The notes under the pieces were generated by a model. That model was given only the letters and a program-made list of their open reading frames with translations. It had not been told where the DNA came from and ran no database searches. From Oopsacas minuta (Eukaryota; Animalia; Porifera): a stretch of 64,000 nucleotides of DNA. Location: assembly GCA_024704765.1 (NCBI GenBank), contig JAKMXF010000188.1, positions 124,001 through 188,000 of the forward strand, read 5' to 3'. Shown here in pieces: positions 11,904 through 23,154 of this stretch; within the stretch, counting starts at the first letter, position 1; the number at the start of each line of letters is the position of its first letter. The position numbers were made by a program, and so were the translations under genes.

Positions 11904-12467
11904 GTATCTAACTACTAAACAAAATATACAGAATAACAAGGTTCGAGTTAAATGACTGACAATATGACATTAAATAAACTACTCACCCGTTGATCCAGTG
12001 AAAATGAATATAAATATATCTACATTATATTGTCGATGAATAGTCAAGTAATGTAGCACAAGATGTTTTCCAGTATGATTACGCTACACGATGTAAACTA
12101 GTGAATCTATATTATTAAAACGCAACCAATCTATGTGTATATACAGTACACCCTCGCTTTATGAAGAATTCCTCAAGCACTAGAAAATGTGTAAAAATCT
12201 ATCCAACTTCTATGATTCATTTAATTTTAGCGCACTAGCCTAGTTCCGGGGAGGAAACTTCCGCCATTGATATTTGTATCCACCGTTCTACCATGACGGT
12301 CGGACGGTTGTACACAAATCGCGGCCATAACAATTCGGATGACCTACCCACGGAGTACCGCGAGTGGTAATAGGTTGTGGGCCACTGGTCTAAAACACCC
12401 TATTGAACAAACAATCAGGATGTAGCCTAGCAGCCTGGACACTAACCCGAGAACGATCCCTGAGCTA

Positions 12468-13999
12468 CAGGGGCATTCAATATATACTAATCACTATATT
12501 TTTAATGAAATAGCAGTTCTAAGCTAGTATTTCTCAGTGCAATTATATAGAACCATATTTCAACTTTCTAACAAAACTTAGAGTTGATCACTTAATTATT
12601 TCCTAAGTTTCAGTTATTTTTAGAAACCTATATTTTCTCCTTTACATTTTTCATGGCTTCTTGTCCAAAATTTTCGGAACTTGAACAACGAACGTACATC
12701 AAATTTCGCACCATTCTCGAAATCCCTCCAAAGTCTATTCATGACGAGTTGGCAACGATATGTGGAGAAGATACTTTATCGTATTCAACTGTCAGAAGGT
12801 GGGTGAGCCTATTTAGGGAAGGTAGGACCTCTGTCCAAGACGCCCCTCGTCCTGGAGCACCAAAACTGGCGACCAACAATGACAAATTGAGTGAAGTAAA
12901 GGAATATGTCGCGTCTTTTCCGCATTCTTTGGTTGAGGAGGTAGCTAACTATGTTGGCATTTCAACGGGAAGTGCACACACAATTCTGAAGNNNNNNNNN
13001 NNNNNNNNNNNNNNNNNNNNNNNNNNNNNNNNNNNNNNNNNNNNNNNNNNNNNNNNNNNNNNNNNNNNNNNNNNNNNNNNNNNNNNNNNNNNNNNNNNNN
13101 NNNNNNNNNNNNNNNNNNNNNNNNNNNNNNNNNNNNNNNNNNNNNNNNNNNNNNNNNNNNNNNNNNNNNNNNNNNNNNNNNNNNNNNNNNNNNNNNNNNN
13201 NNNNNNNNNNNNNNNNNNNNNNNNNNNNNNNNNNNNNNNNNNNNNNNNNNNNNNNNNNNNNNNNNNNNNNNNNNNNNNNNNNNNNNNNNNNNNNNNNNNN
13301 NNNNNNNNNNNNNNNNNNNNNNNNNNNNNNNNNNNNNNNNNNNNNNNNNNNNNNNNNNNNNNNNNNNNNNNNNNNNNNNNNNNNNNNNNNNNNNNNNNNN
13401 NNNNNNNNNNNNNNNNNNNNNNNNNNNNNNNNNNNNNNNNNNNNNNNNNNNNNNNNNNNNNNNNNNNNNNNNNNNNNNNNNNNNNNNNNNNNNNNNNNNN
13501 NNNNNNNCTGTTCCCAAAGGTCAGACACTCACAGGACAATTTTACGCAGATGTGGTGTTGCCTGAGGTCGAAAAACATTATCTTAAGCGTCGTCCAAAGA
13601 CTGGAACTCGTGGTCTCAAAATTTTGCACGATAATGCTAGACCGCATAAATCTTTGGCTGTAAGGCAAAAAATTAAAGATATGGGTATGCACGAAGTTCC
13701 ACATCCACCTTACTCCCCTGATATAGCCCCATGTGACTTCTGGCTGTTTAGAAAACTCAAAGATAACCTCTCCGGACGCGAATTTGAGGATCGGCTCAGC
13801 CTCGGTCGGGCAATTTACAGATACCTTGAAGTCATTCCCAAGGATGAGTACAGAAAGACATTTGAAAATTGGATTAAAAGGCTAAATTCAGTTGTAGCGT
13901 ATAAAGGAGACTACTTTGATCATTCATAGCAAAATTACCAACTTTACACAAGTATCTATAGTTTTAGATGGTATGATTAGTATTTATTGAATGCCCCTG
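12468..13999 (+). mobile_element. Mariner (DD34D) transposon; transposase 12653-13929 interrupted by an assembly gap
   Basis: 26-bp TIRs CAGGGGCATTCAATA(T/A)ATACTAATCA (1 mismatch) with TA flanks at 12466-7 and 14000-1. N-terminal HTH (EQRTYIKF...VRRWVSLFREGRTSVQDAPRPGAP). C-terminal HDNARPH...YSPDIAPCDFWLF, D34D spacing. Confidence 0.95.
12992..13507. other. Assembly gap (516 N)
   Basis: Run of N. The X-containing ORFs in the track are artefacts of it. Confidence 1.
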
Positions 14000-14298
14000 T
14001 ACAATCCAAATAGTGACCTAAATACACATATTACATCCCAAGTAACAAGCAACGAAAAAATTGTACATACTATGTTCTGCGGATTTAGCTGCTAAGACGT
14101 ATAAAAAGGCGAAATCGGATTCAGATACTGTTTGAGTAAATAGTCCTGTAATGCAGAATTAAAATAAATTTTCATGATATAATCTCAATAATCCGATTAT
14201 AATATTAGGTAAATATTTGTACTCAAACAATAATATAACCGAAATGATAGACAGTAACACTACGAGAATAATAACACACACAGCATTGACCCTGAACA

Positions 14299-14979
14299 TC
14301 AGTGATCGGTTGCCTGTGTTAAAAAGGTGAAACTATCAGACGACTTACAAGAAGCCTGGCTAGAAGGACGGCTAGAACCTTTCCTTCTACGACCTAGTTC
14401 TTTCTGAAGCTGGAGTCTGTCCATGAAGAATACTTTCTGCCACCCGACTTCAGGCTGACTAGCAAATTCCTTCACCTCCAGAGAGGCAGCCCCTAGATGC
14501 TTGAGGTATATCTGCTCCCACATCTCCTCACAGAGACATAACTTCCTAAGAGCACGACAGACCTGAGACAAGTAGAACACTTCTTTCAGACTCAGACAGG
14601 ATATAGTACTGATTAATGCTCGTGTAGGCATCTTCAGTAGCCAAGTATCACCTATAGCACAGGCAATACGACGTGCTGTGAGAGAACCAAACACAGATAA
14701 AACATTAGTCTGTATGTTAGCATTATCTAGATACTCTTCTCTAAAGAGTAGTGTCTCAGAGGGTGCAGCAGCTTGTGGTAGAGTCAGATTACGAGGACTT
14801 ATAGCCCATTTCCTCCATATAACACCCTCTGTGGTAGCCTTCAAGTAGCAAAAGTCTTTCAGAGGCGGTCTCTCCTGTGCACTCATCTCTAGCAGTAGTT
14901 CTCCTGCTTCTATATGTCTCCGTTTCTTAGCATTCTCAGATGCACAACTATTCAGTTTTAAACTATCACATGATGACAT
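14299..14979 (-). CDS. FBXO36: F-box only protein 36
   Basis: LLEMSAQERPPLKDFCYL...VIWRKWAISPR, F-box (LLKMPTRALISTISCLSLKEVFYLSQVC...EEMWEQI) and GWQKVFFMDRLQLQKELGRRR. First ATG at 14979. Confidence 0.88.
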   Translation of the reverse strand: MSSCDSLKLNSCASENAKKRRHIEAGELLLEMSAQERPPLKDFCYLKATTEGVIWRKWAISPRNLTLPQAAAPSETLLFREEYLDNANIQTNVLSVFGSLTARRIACAIGDTWLLKMPTRALISTISCLSLKEVFYLSQVCRALRKLCLCEEMWEQIYLKHLGAASLEVKEFASQPEVGWQKVFFMDRLQLQKELGRRRKGSSRPSSQASCKSSDSFTFLTQATDH

Positions 14980-15359
14980 GTGAGCTAGATAATAATGCAA
15001 ATAAATAATATCAGTACACCTGAAGATTCATATAGTAAATATATGTGGCTATAATTATTAAATGCATAGGCTTGGAATCTCGACCAAGGAATTTCTAGTA
15101 GCGCACATATACAGTAAAACCCCCAATTAGGGAACATTTTGGGACTACTGAATAGTGATCCTAATATGGAGGTGCTCCTTGACAAGAGGTTTGCCTTTTA
15201 GAACTTTATGAGGTGTATGAATATTTGTTTGTAAACATGTGCAAGATGGACTACTGTAAGAACGTCGATCAAATAATCTAATTTAATGTATTTTATTAAC
15301 CAGTTTAGGTATAACACACGTCATTGAGTAGTACGTATGTAGGTACACGTTTAACGAAT

Positions 15360-15566
15360 CTATATTATTAAATGTAATAAGTAGTCCAATTGATTAAACT
15401 TTGAAAAGTCTGTGAGACATTTCTGAGACATGTGGTAACGCTTTTCTATAATATGTCCATAAACAAATCTCTCAGTACTGATAATTGACCCTAGGACGCT
15501 AGGATTGTGAATCGTATATAACTTGAGCACCTCTATAGCACTGTTAACATCCTTGTCAGAAGGCAC
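15360..15566 (-). pseudogene. pogo/Tigger transposase C-terminal remnant
   Basis: VPSDKDVNSAIEVLKLY...LGSIISTERFV...SQKCLTDF resembles the CENP-B/TIGD C-terminal tail. Pogo-like subterminal GGAGGT repeats lie nearby (15.17 and 15.8-15.9 kb). Confidence 0.5.
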
Positions 15567-16502
15567 TGAATTGTGATGATGTGTTTTAGATAGACCAAAG
15601 ATTTGAACAAAAGGTAATCTTCATACAGACAGTGGTATAAGTATGCTTACCAAACAATAGGAAATGGCTTTCTTTTCATAAAAACAATTGTCATTTCAAT
15701 AATCAGTCGTGTAAAGAACAAAACAAATGTCGATCCCACAAACTGTCATGTTGATCCCCACGAATTATGTTCAACACTTATGTTCTTTAATGGGAGGTCC
15801 ATATGAATGGCTAAGTGATGTTGGGGACACAAAAGAGTGTTCCCTGTTCACTATAGGGAGGTGTTCCTTAATGGGAAGTAACCCTAATGGAGGTGTTTTT
15901 TGTATATATCCTAAGTCAACCATTTTAGTACTGACTGATACCTAATAACACTGTAAAAATTGTACAAATTTAATCAAATGATCTAAATTGCTGGAAATTC
16001 AATCTACAACAAGCTCGGATAATCGAAGCTGCACCGTAGACTGTAAAGAAATGGGAATTCAATAATGAGTGGATTCAACTTCTGCAAAATGTTGCACAGA
16101 TGATTAATGGTGGTGTACTCAGCACCATTTAGCAATTTAGAGCCAGCCATTATAGCAAACTCAAAGGCTGCCACTATGGGTGTAGGTAGCGTCGGCGGAG
16201 GGTGGATACCTGACCTCAGTGTTAGGGAGGGCAGGTCCGCAAAAGGCAGCGGGGGTAGGGGTGAAAAGCTGCTGTTTGGGAGGCCCCCAATTCAATATAA
16301 TCAGTATAGTAGAACATTAGGATGATATCCAGTAAGCAGCAACACAGAGGTTAATTAACTATTAATGCTATGGAAATTATAATACATATTATGATGACAG
16401 GATTGAGTTCTTCCCATTCTTAATTAATAATCATCTCCAAAATTCCATCAATAGCACTCCATAATAAATACAGTACAGATACATAAACAATCAATAAACA
16501 CA

Positions 16503-17267
16503 TTATTTGTAATCTATTAAGTACAGTCTACGTGAGAGCAATAGTCCTATGAAGAAAAGTAGAAGATAGATTGTCCATAGATATTGTTTGGATTTCTGTT
16601 GGAAGATTTGTTGTCTCAACTCCTGAGCAGGGTCATTAAGTTCTTCTCCCAGACTGATAGCATCTTGAGGAGGTTCTTGTCTCTGTTTCTTAGCGACAGG
16701 AGCTTCAGGCTTGATGACAAGCCTCTTTACTACATCACTTGCCTCCTCTAACAACTCCTGTATCTCTCCCGGGACTTCTTCCACTTCAGGTAAGAGCTCT
16801 AAGTTAGTTTTCTTACAGTCTCTACATTTGTATGTAGAAGATCTGACGGCTAGCTTAGCTCGCTCTGAGCTAGTACAGTCTAGGGAACCTATTGCCCCCT
16901 CTCCATGCATTGGCATGTACGCAATAATAGCCATTAAGACGGTTCGGATGCTCCAGGAGGGCTCCCAGCTCTCAGGATGAAAGTTCGATATGCTGAGACA
17001 GAGTTTATTGTTTACAGAAAATCTTCCATTCTCCGTTAGCATAATAATACTAGGAGGTTTCATCGGGTATTCTGGTGGGAACACAATCCTACCATGATAC
17101 CTCCCACCTTCAAATGCAGTATCTGAGGGACCTTTCACTGTAAAATGCCACTCGAATAAGTTTTCTTCTAACGGCTGAGTGAAAAAGTGAGCAGTTGGTT
17201 TATTTAATTCTTTTGCTTCTTTCATTAGCCTCTTCACAGCTGGAGAACGTATAGCCATCCGAGACAT
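16503..17267 (-). CDS. UBE2J1: Ubiquitin-conjugating enzyme E2 J1 (Ubc6e), tail-anchored
   Basis: SPAVKRLMKEA...ENLFEWHFT...YHGRIVFPPEYPMKPP...NGRF...LCLSISNFHPESWEPSWSIRT, followed by a C-terminal TM helix. Confidence 0.96.
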   Translation of the reverse strand: MSRMAIRSPAVKRLMKEAKELNKPTAHFFTQPLEENLFEWHFTVKGPSDTAFEGGRYHGRIVFPPEYPMKPPSIIMLTENGRFSVNNKLCLSISNFHPESWEPSWSIRTVLMAIIAYMPMHGEGAIGSLDCTSSERAKLAVRSSTYKCRDCKKTNLELLPEVEEVPGEIQELLEEASDVVKRLVIKPEAPVAKKQRQEPPQDAISLGEELNDPAQELRQQIFQQKSKQYLWTIYLLLFFIGLLLSRRLYLIDYK

Positions 17268-17939
17268 TGCTACTAATAGGAAACAAATCTTTTCAACACA
17301 TTATTATTAAATTATTAAAACTGTATTTACTCGCTCGAATAGCATCAGAGCTGATACTTGTATAATCCGCTACGCTACCCTTCATGAATGTGGTAATGGT
17401 ATTGAATCAACTGTTACTTAGGAGTTATAGCTTAGGATGAATACAGAAATGGATCATAAAAGACATCTGTATAGTCCCCGAACCCCCCTTGAGTCCTCTG
17501 GCTTGGTTACTGCCTCATAGAGCTAATTCAAATATTGTGTGCTCCACTCAAGAATGAATGCCCCCCTCCAATGAATCTTTCAAGTTTCTTGGAGTTGGCG
17601 CCACTGGCAAAGAGGGACACAAAAAATACTATTACGTAGTCTAGTTAGATTTTCCTAATTACAAGAATTCTATACCGTACATGATTTAGAAATAATAATT
17701 CTGTAAGTAAAGAAGTCCTACGAGGAAGCTACTTATAGCGTAAACTAATTTGAGATTTACGAAAGAACAAGCGCGATTGATTTCAATTTCAAGTCATTGA
17801 ATATAGTATACCTTTAGATAAGACGTACATACACGCAGATAGTAAGTAATTAACATAAATAATTAGATTATATCACCAATGTTAGCCAGATAAAGCTAGA
17901 AAGTAACGGGCCAACTGCAATAATTACAGTTACAAGGAC

Positions 17940-18129
17940 CCAGAAGATAGTTTAAATTCCAGAAGATAGTTTAAATCCCAGAAGATAGTTTAAATCCCAG
18001 AAGATAGTTTAAATCCCAGAAGATAGTTTAAATCCCAGAAGATAGTTTAAATCCCAGAAGATAGTTTAAATTCCAGAAGATAGTTTAAATTCCAGAAGAT
18101 AGTTTAAATTCCAGAAGATAGTTTAAATT
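17940..18129. repeat. 19-bp minisatellite, 10 copies of CCAGAAGATAGTTTAAAT(C/T)
   Basis: Counted directly; only the last base varies (T, C x5, T x4). Confidence 0.99.
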
Positions 18130-18334
18130 CCAAAAAATCTATAATCTCGATTCCAAAGAAGAAATAACATATAGAATTTCTTCAAAGTGCTCTCCGCACC
18201 AACCGTATCGGGCATCCGTATTTCTGATTCAAATGTCTAAATTGGATATCACTCGGTTCACTCCATTCCAGTATTGTGGTAAATATTAAATTAGTATTAC
18301 AAGATAGGTATAATCCCACTACTTTGCCGCACGT

Positions 18335-18365
18335 AAGTAGCTCGAGCAAACGAAGCGCACTAGTA
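18335..18365 (+). mobile_element. Helitron-like 3' end motif (GC-rich ...CGAAGC...CTAG/CTTG); similar motifs at ~205-242, ~26276-26316 and ~48368-48401
   Basis: A recurrent GC-rich, hairpin-capable motif ending in CTAG or CTTG in an AT-rich background. The Helitron assignment is inference. Confidence 0.4.
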
Positions 18366-18494
18366 GTCTACTAATTTATTTAGATAAAGTACGACACTGC
18401 AAAGATTTTATTTAATAAGTTGTTAATGTATCTGAACTGTGAAAAATACTAATAATAAGATATAATGCTAGGTTCATGTGATCTAACGAATCAC

Positions 18495-20020
18495 CTAAGA
18501 AGTAACCGAGACTACAGGTTCATAATCATCAAAACGATTCTCGAGATAATTACTGTTCGGGCTTGAAACGTTTGTTCCCCTTTTGGGATTGAATCCCATA
18601 AAAGAAAACTTCTGCCATGTTTGATCTAAAAGGACATAAATATCAACTTCTAACCAGATAGCTGCACAAAATAATTCTACGTCGCTGCCCCATACTCTTA
18701 ACATTGATATTTTCCTCTCAAAATGTATTCGTCTATATCTTGATTATGTTTCATCATTGCATATTTTACATAACGAGGCAGTACTCATAAACGTGATTAA
18801 TTTGCTTCTAATTTGTCCATGCATGTTTTCATCTCCTGTTATCCACCAACTTAGAGCCCTGAGGAGGCAGTTTCCATCAGGAATAATTAAAATCTTTTCA
18901 CTTACTATACAACTTTCTAATCAATGTTTTCCTTTAGTTGAATCTTTGAACGAACTTTTAGGAATTTTTGCTAAGTAATTCAAAATTTTCCCGCATTAAC
19001 CTATTCTCCACTCTTTGTTAACAGCCAAAAAATACAACTTTGATTTCTTTATCCCTCTTTTGGTTTGTATATGAGAATCTTGATCAATTAGTATCGTAAA
19101 ATCTTCATTTACATTTATATTATCATCAGATCTCATTTTATTTTATTTGTTCAATGAGCTATCGCCTTTTCGGTAGTAGATTGATTTTAATGGAATAGAA
19201 ATGAAAATATTATCGGTATGAAACTCTGAAAATAATGGATGTTTATTTGGTTGAGTGTAAGTGATATCGGAATTTGAATCAGATATCTCGTCATATTTGT
19301 CCAATTGATCTTGGATACGCTTGCCTACAAGATTTTCTTTGAACATCACAATTAACACGAATAGCAGAATCAGAAAATTTTCCTATTGACTGATGCTTAT
19401 TAAACTGATATTTCAAATGCTGAAAGCAACAGTCGTGTGTATAGTGCTCTAAAAAAATGCATTTTTGGCATAGATGAATAGTAGATGGAGCCAATGTTTG
19501 TAGGATTTTACAGAAATATTGTCCCAATTCGCCTTGCATTCTCTCATGGACCATATCTGCAATATACCAATATATGCTTTGAATCCTCGTTGAGCCATAT
19601 ACTTAAGTTTATTTTCATACGATTGTGAAGACCTATCTATGTGAATTTGAAATGAGTTTGTACAAAAATCTGGAAACAGCTCATCTAAAGCTTCAAAAAG
19701 TAATTCTTGGTAAAAATTCAATTCGCTACCACCATGATCTCTTCTAAATACTGAAATTACTTTTGTCTTCCATACAAAATTCTTGCGATAATTTTTTGAT
19801 CATTCGTCTAGTATTACACCATTCTTCTGCAGTAAACTGTTCAAATTCGCACATTAGCCTATTATATCCGTTCTATCGAATTGTTGAGAAAAAACTGTTG
19901 AGTTTTTTTCTAAATTTGGGACAAAAATTGATTATTCCAGAATATTTGTTACAGAATTCCCCTCTGATAGAGGTAAATTTCAATGGTGTGAGACATAATT
20001 TCCTCTAAAGCATGCCCCAT
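18495..20020 (-). pseudogene. Decayed ORF with a C-terminal OTU-like cysteine protease domain (probably transposon-derived)
   Basis: In one frame: IIPDGNCLLRALSWWITGDENMHGQIRSKL (Cys motif 18852-18881), a TAA at 18746-18744, then WGSDVELFCAAIWLEVDIYV...YLENRFDDYEPV. Upstream fragments (19143-19721) are protein-like but broken. Confidence 0.75.
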
Positions 20021-20331
20021 TCTCCACTCACCGCTTTTAGAGGTTCGTTTCTATGGAAATGAATGAAAGTCGACCAAAATTACCCTGATTATAGATGTTG
20101 CACTGACTACATGTAAATATAGGCGTGTCCCTACTCTAGGGCCACGAACAAGGTCAACACCCCATTAATTATTCATAAACTTTACTTGGTACTACTAGTA
20201 AGACTATAGTATTTACAGGAATTTAATAAAGGACCCTGAAGTTATTATAACATATATAGCACATTGCCATATTCATGAGAATGATTGAGAAATACTAATA
20301 TATTCAACAATACATGCCACCGAAGTAGGAT

Positions 20332-21624
20332 TTATAACAGACCACATCTAGTATCTTCTATATCATCTTCAATCTGGGTACGTCCCTCCCTTTGATGACG
20401 TATACGAGATTGTTCCTGGTCCTGCTGACGTAATCTCTCATCCCAGGTAGAGTCTCCAGGAGCAGGTATGTTTGAAGGTTCAGCCCCTCTGGGAGGGGTA
20501 ACGACATGAGAAGGAGGAGAAGGAGGAGGAGGAGGAGGAGGAGAGGAGCTTTCTTCTGACATCATCTTCCAAGCAAGAGCCTCATCTTCTTTCAACTGTG
20601 CCTCTCTAACTAGTTTCTCTGCAAGTTCAAAATTATACTTATCACTATCTGCCTGACTAGCTATCTGATGTGATTGGTGTGGAGCTGATGACTCTGCAGT
20701 AGCTTCTTTAGGAGTTTCTGTTTTGGATGTACTATGTGCTCCCTCTAGTACAGATACCTGGTTGTCAGATGTACTAACGAGATTGAAACTCGAATCAAAG
20801 AACTGTGTGTCTCCGTCTACTGTATCCAGAGCTTCCCAAACAAACCTAGACTCATTCAGGAATCCGTAATCCGTCACTAGTAGGTATAGTTTTCCTCCAC
20901 GACGGAGTAATGTATTGAAGTGATTGTTCCTGAAGAATACACAGAATTCTTCCTCCAGCACAACTTTATGTAACTCAATTAGACCGTGGAAAGTCAGCTG
21001 ACTGGCAGACTCAGTCAGAAACTCTTCAGCTGATGTAGCAGTGGTTAATTTATCAGGATCATTACTATTCTTATCAGAGATAACCATTTCTACCAGTTGA
21101 TTATAAGTCTTCTCTCCCACTGCGTGATGATACACTGGATTAGCTGGATCAAATATCCAACCGTGATACAGATTAACATTTAGTAGATCGAACACACCCA
21201 CAGTGTCAGTAAACTCGTATGCATCAACTCTATTGAACTTGACGTTTAGATCTAATCCAGTATGTAGTTTGGGGAGGATAGCGATGGTGTCTTGAATGTT
21301 CTGCTGGTAGTTGAGTGTCTCTCCCTCCGTTTGAGTTTTTGGAGTACCCTCGAGCATTTGATTCAAGAGCAACTGGAGTAACCCTTCAGAGGATATTATC
21401 TCTAAATTAGATTTTATATTTACGGCTCCGCGTAGGAACAGCACATTACACAGGGCTATAAGAGGACAGGGCCCATTCTTATTCTGGACTAGAATGGGGA
21501 GTCGTTTGGAGTTCCAGAGAATCCATTTTATCTCGTACCATGATTCACCCTCAGATATATCTGTTGGACCCTCCCTTGTAGCTTGTTGAGTGGTACTCTG
21601 AGGAAACTGTACATCGCTAGTCAT
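20332..21624 (-). CDS. MINDY1: MINDY1/2-family K48 deubiquitinase (FAM63)
   Basis: LVQNKNGPCPLIALCNVL, GLDLNVKF, LYHGW, FFRNNHFNTL, LLVTDYGFL, VWEAL..VDGD..F; MIU-like helices; C-terminal CaaX (CGLL). MINDY1 and MINDY2 cannot be distinguished. Confidence 0.95.
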   Translation of the reverse strand: MTSDVQFPQSTTQQATREGPTDISEGESWYEIKWILWNSKRLPILVQNKNGPCPLIALCNVLFLRGAVNIKSNLEIISSEGLLQLLLNQMLEGTPKTQTEGETLNYQQNIQDTIAILPKLHTGLDLNVKFNRVDAYEFTDTVGVFDLLNVNLYHGWIFDPANPVYHHAVGEKTYNQLVEMVISDKNSNDPDKLTTATSAEEFLTESASQLTFHGLIELHKVVLEEEFCVFFRNNHFNTLLRRGGKLYLLVTDYGFLNESRFVWEALDTVDGDTQFFDSSFNLVSTSDNQVSVLEGAHSTSKTETPKEATAESSAPHQSHQIASQADSDKYNFELAEKLVREAQLKEDEALAWKMMSEESSSPPPPPPPSPPSHVVTPPRGAEPSNIPAPGDSTWDERLRQQDQEQSRIRHQREGRTQIEDDIEDTRCGLL

Positions 21625-22973
21625 TGTGTAAGGTAGAAGTAGAAGATTAGAAGAACCAATTTATTAGCTGTATTAAGATGAATAATTCTAGCAGGTTAGG
21701 ATTCTGAGAGTTATATAATTATCAAATTGTATTGTAATACTAAATATGAATAGAAAATATTCAATATCACTACAAACACTTCACTACACGGACACTTCAC
21801 TACACGGACATTTCAAAACTTAAACGTAACCGTAGATACCAAATATATTTGAACATTTTTCTGTGCAAATTAATATAACATATTCATATATAAAGTAAAC
21901 TCGGTTACAGCCTTACAGGCACTTGCTTTGGAAACAAAAATATGTAAGTATCGACAGAAGTACATCTTAAGTCAAGTACGTCATTTATACTGTAGAGAAA
22001 GAGGCAATGTACGTACATATTACATAGTCAATCGAAAACTTTCTAAGTCAAATGTGAGGATGCGCAGTTAAGAGAAAATATTTCGAGTTTAGAAGTAATT
22101 TGACAGTAGAAGGGCAACTTAAGTGGTAGTAAATAGGGGCCTGTCGCAAAGGGGCGGATTAACCCGGCGGGACACCGGGAAGTTTCCGGTGGGCCGGTTT
22201 GATTGGGGTCGTAGTGCCTGCAGCAGAACCTAACATGGGATTTTTGTTTTTAAATCTCCGTGTGAGTCCTAGTGTTTGTTTCACCCATACCTGACAAACT
22301 TTGCCAAACATATCCTTGGACAAAGGCTTGTATTCCCTACAAAGTGGATATTTCCCCTGGGCATTTGTAGAGAGGCCAAAAATCATAGATTTCGGATCTA
22401 TCGCTACGCTCGCTCCTTAATACATACAATCTAATAGGAGGTTACTTATCTAAAACAGTTTACCTACAACCGAACTGTAAAACTAAAGCAAAGAAAGACT
22501 CACTGCAACAATACAAATTGTCGAATTACCCCACGACAACATCGTGTATCCAAAAATAGAAAATGTTTGTTTGTATGAAAGCTGTTAGTGATGAAAAGAG
22601 ATTGAATATTTTTTATCAGAAACCTATGACAACAACTCAACAAGTAGGGGCTATTTTCACTTTTCAGCTCATCCATGAAATCTCTGCCCAATTAATTATC
22701 TCCAAAAATGCAATTAGAGACACTTTGGTAACAAGTATATGTAGGATGCAGTATTTGGCAGAAAAGGAAAGTGATGAAAATGTATGTAAATGCCACACCA
22801 TATGAGCAAGAAAATATAGTTAAAAAAGCAGAGTAAGAAAACCAGTTTCGACTGTATGTTGGTTCTTATGACTTAGTAGTAATGATTGAATCCAGCTGTA
22901 CAATACTCTGTACAATAAAAAACAATCAACATTAATCAACAAATAATACTGGAAATAACAAAATTATATTTAA

Positions 22974-23093
22974 CTGATTACGGTCGGAGTTTTACGCTAG
23001 TAATGAAAAGGAACACAAAAATTCCCGCACCAAAAATGACATTTTAGCACCTTTTGAGGTCATAAAATCACACATTTTCCCGGCCGTATTCGG
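22974..23093. mobile_element. TTAA-flanked (piggyBac-type) MITE, copy A
   Basis: TTAA at 22970-3 and 23094-7, TIR ~CCGAATACGGCCGG. Internal sequence is homologous to the reverse complement of 56056-56189. Confidence 0.7.
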
Positions 23094-23154
23094 TTAATCG
23101 AGGAGTCTACGTACTTATATAATGCTTTGAGCTTAGTATTAGATTACAAAATAG

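Noticed and set aside
12945-13704. Long X-containing ORFs
   Set aside because: Artefacts of translating the N gap.
17940-18129. CRISPR array
   Set aside because: The units are directly adjacent with no unique spacers, no cas genes are present, and the context is eukaryotic.
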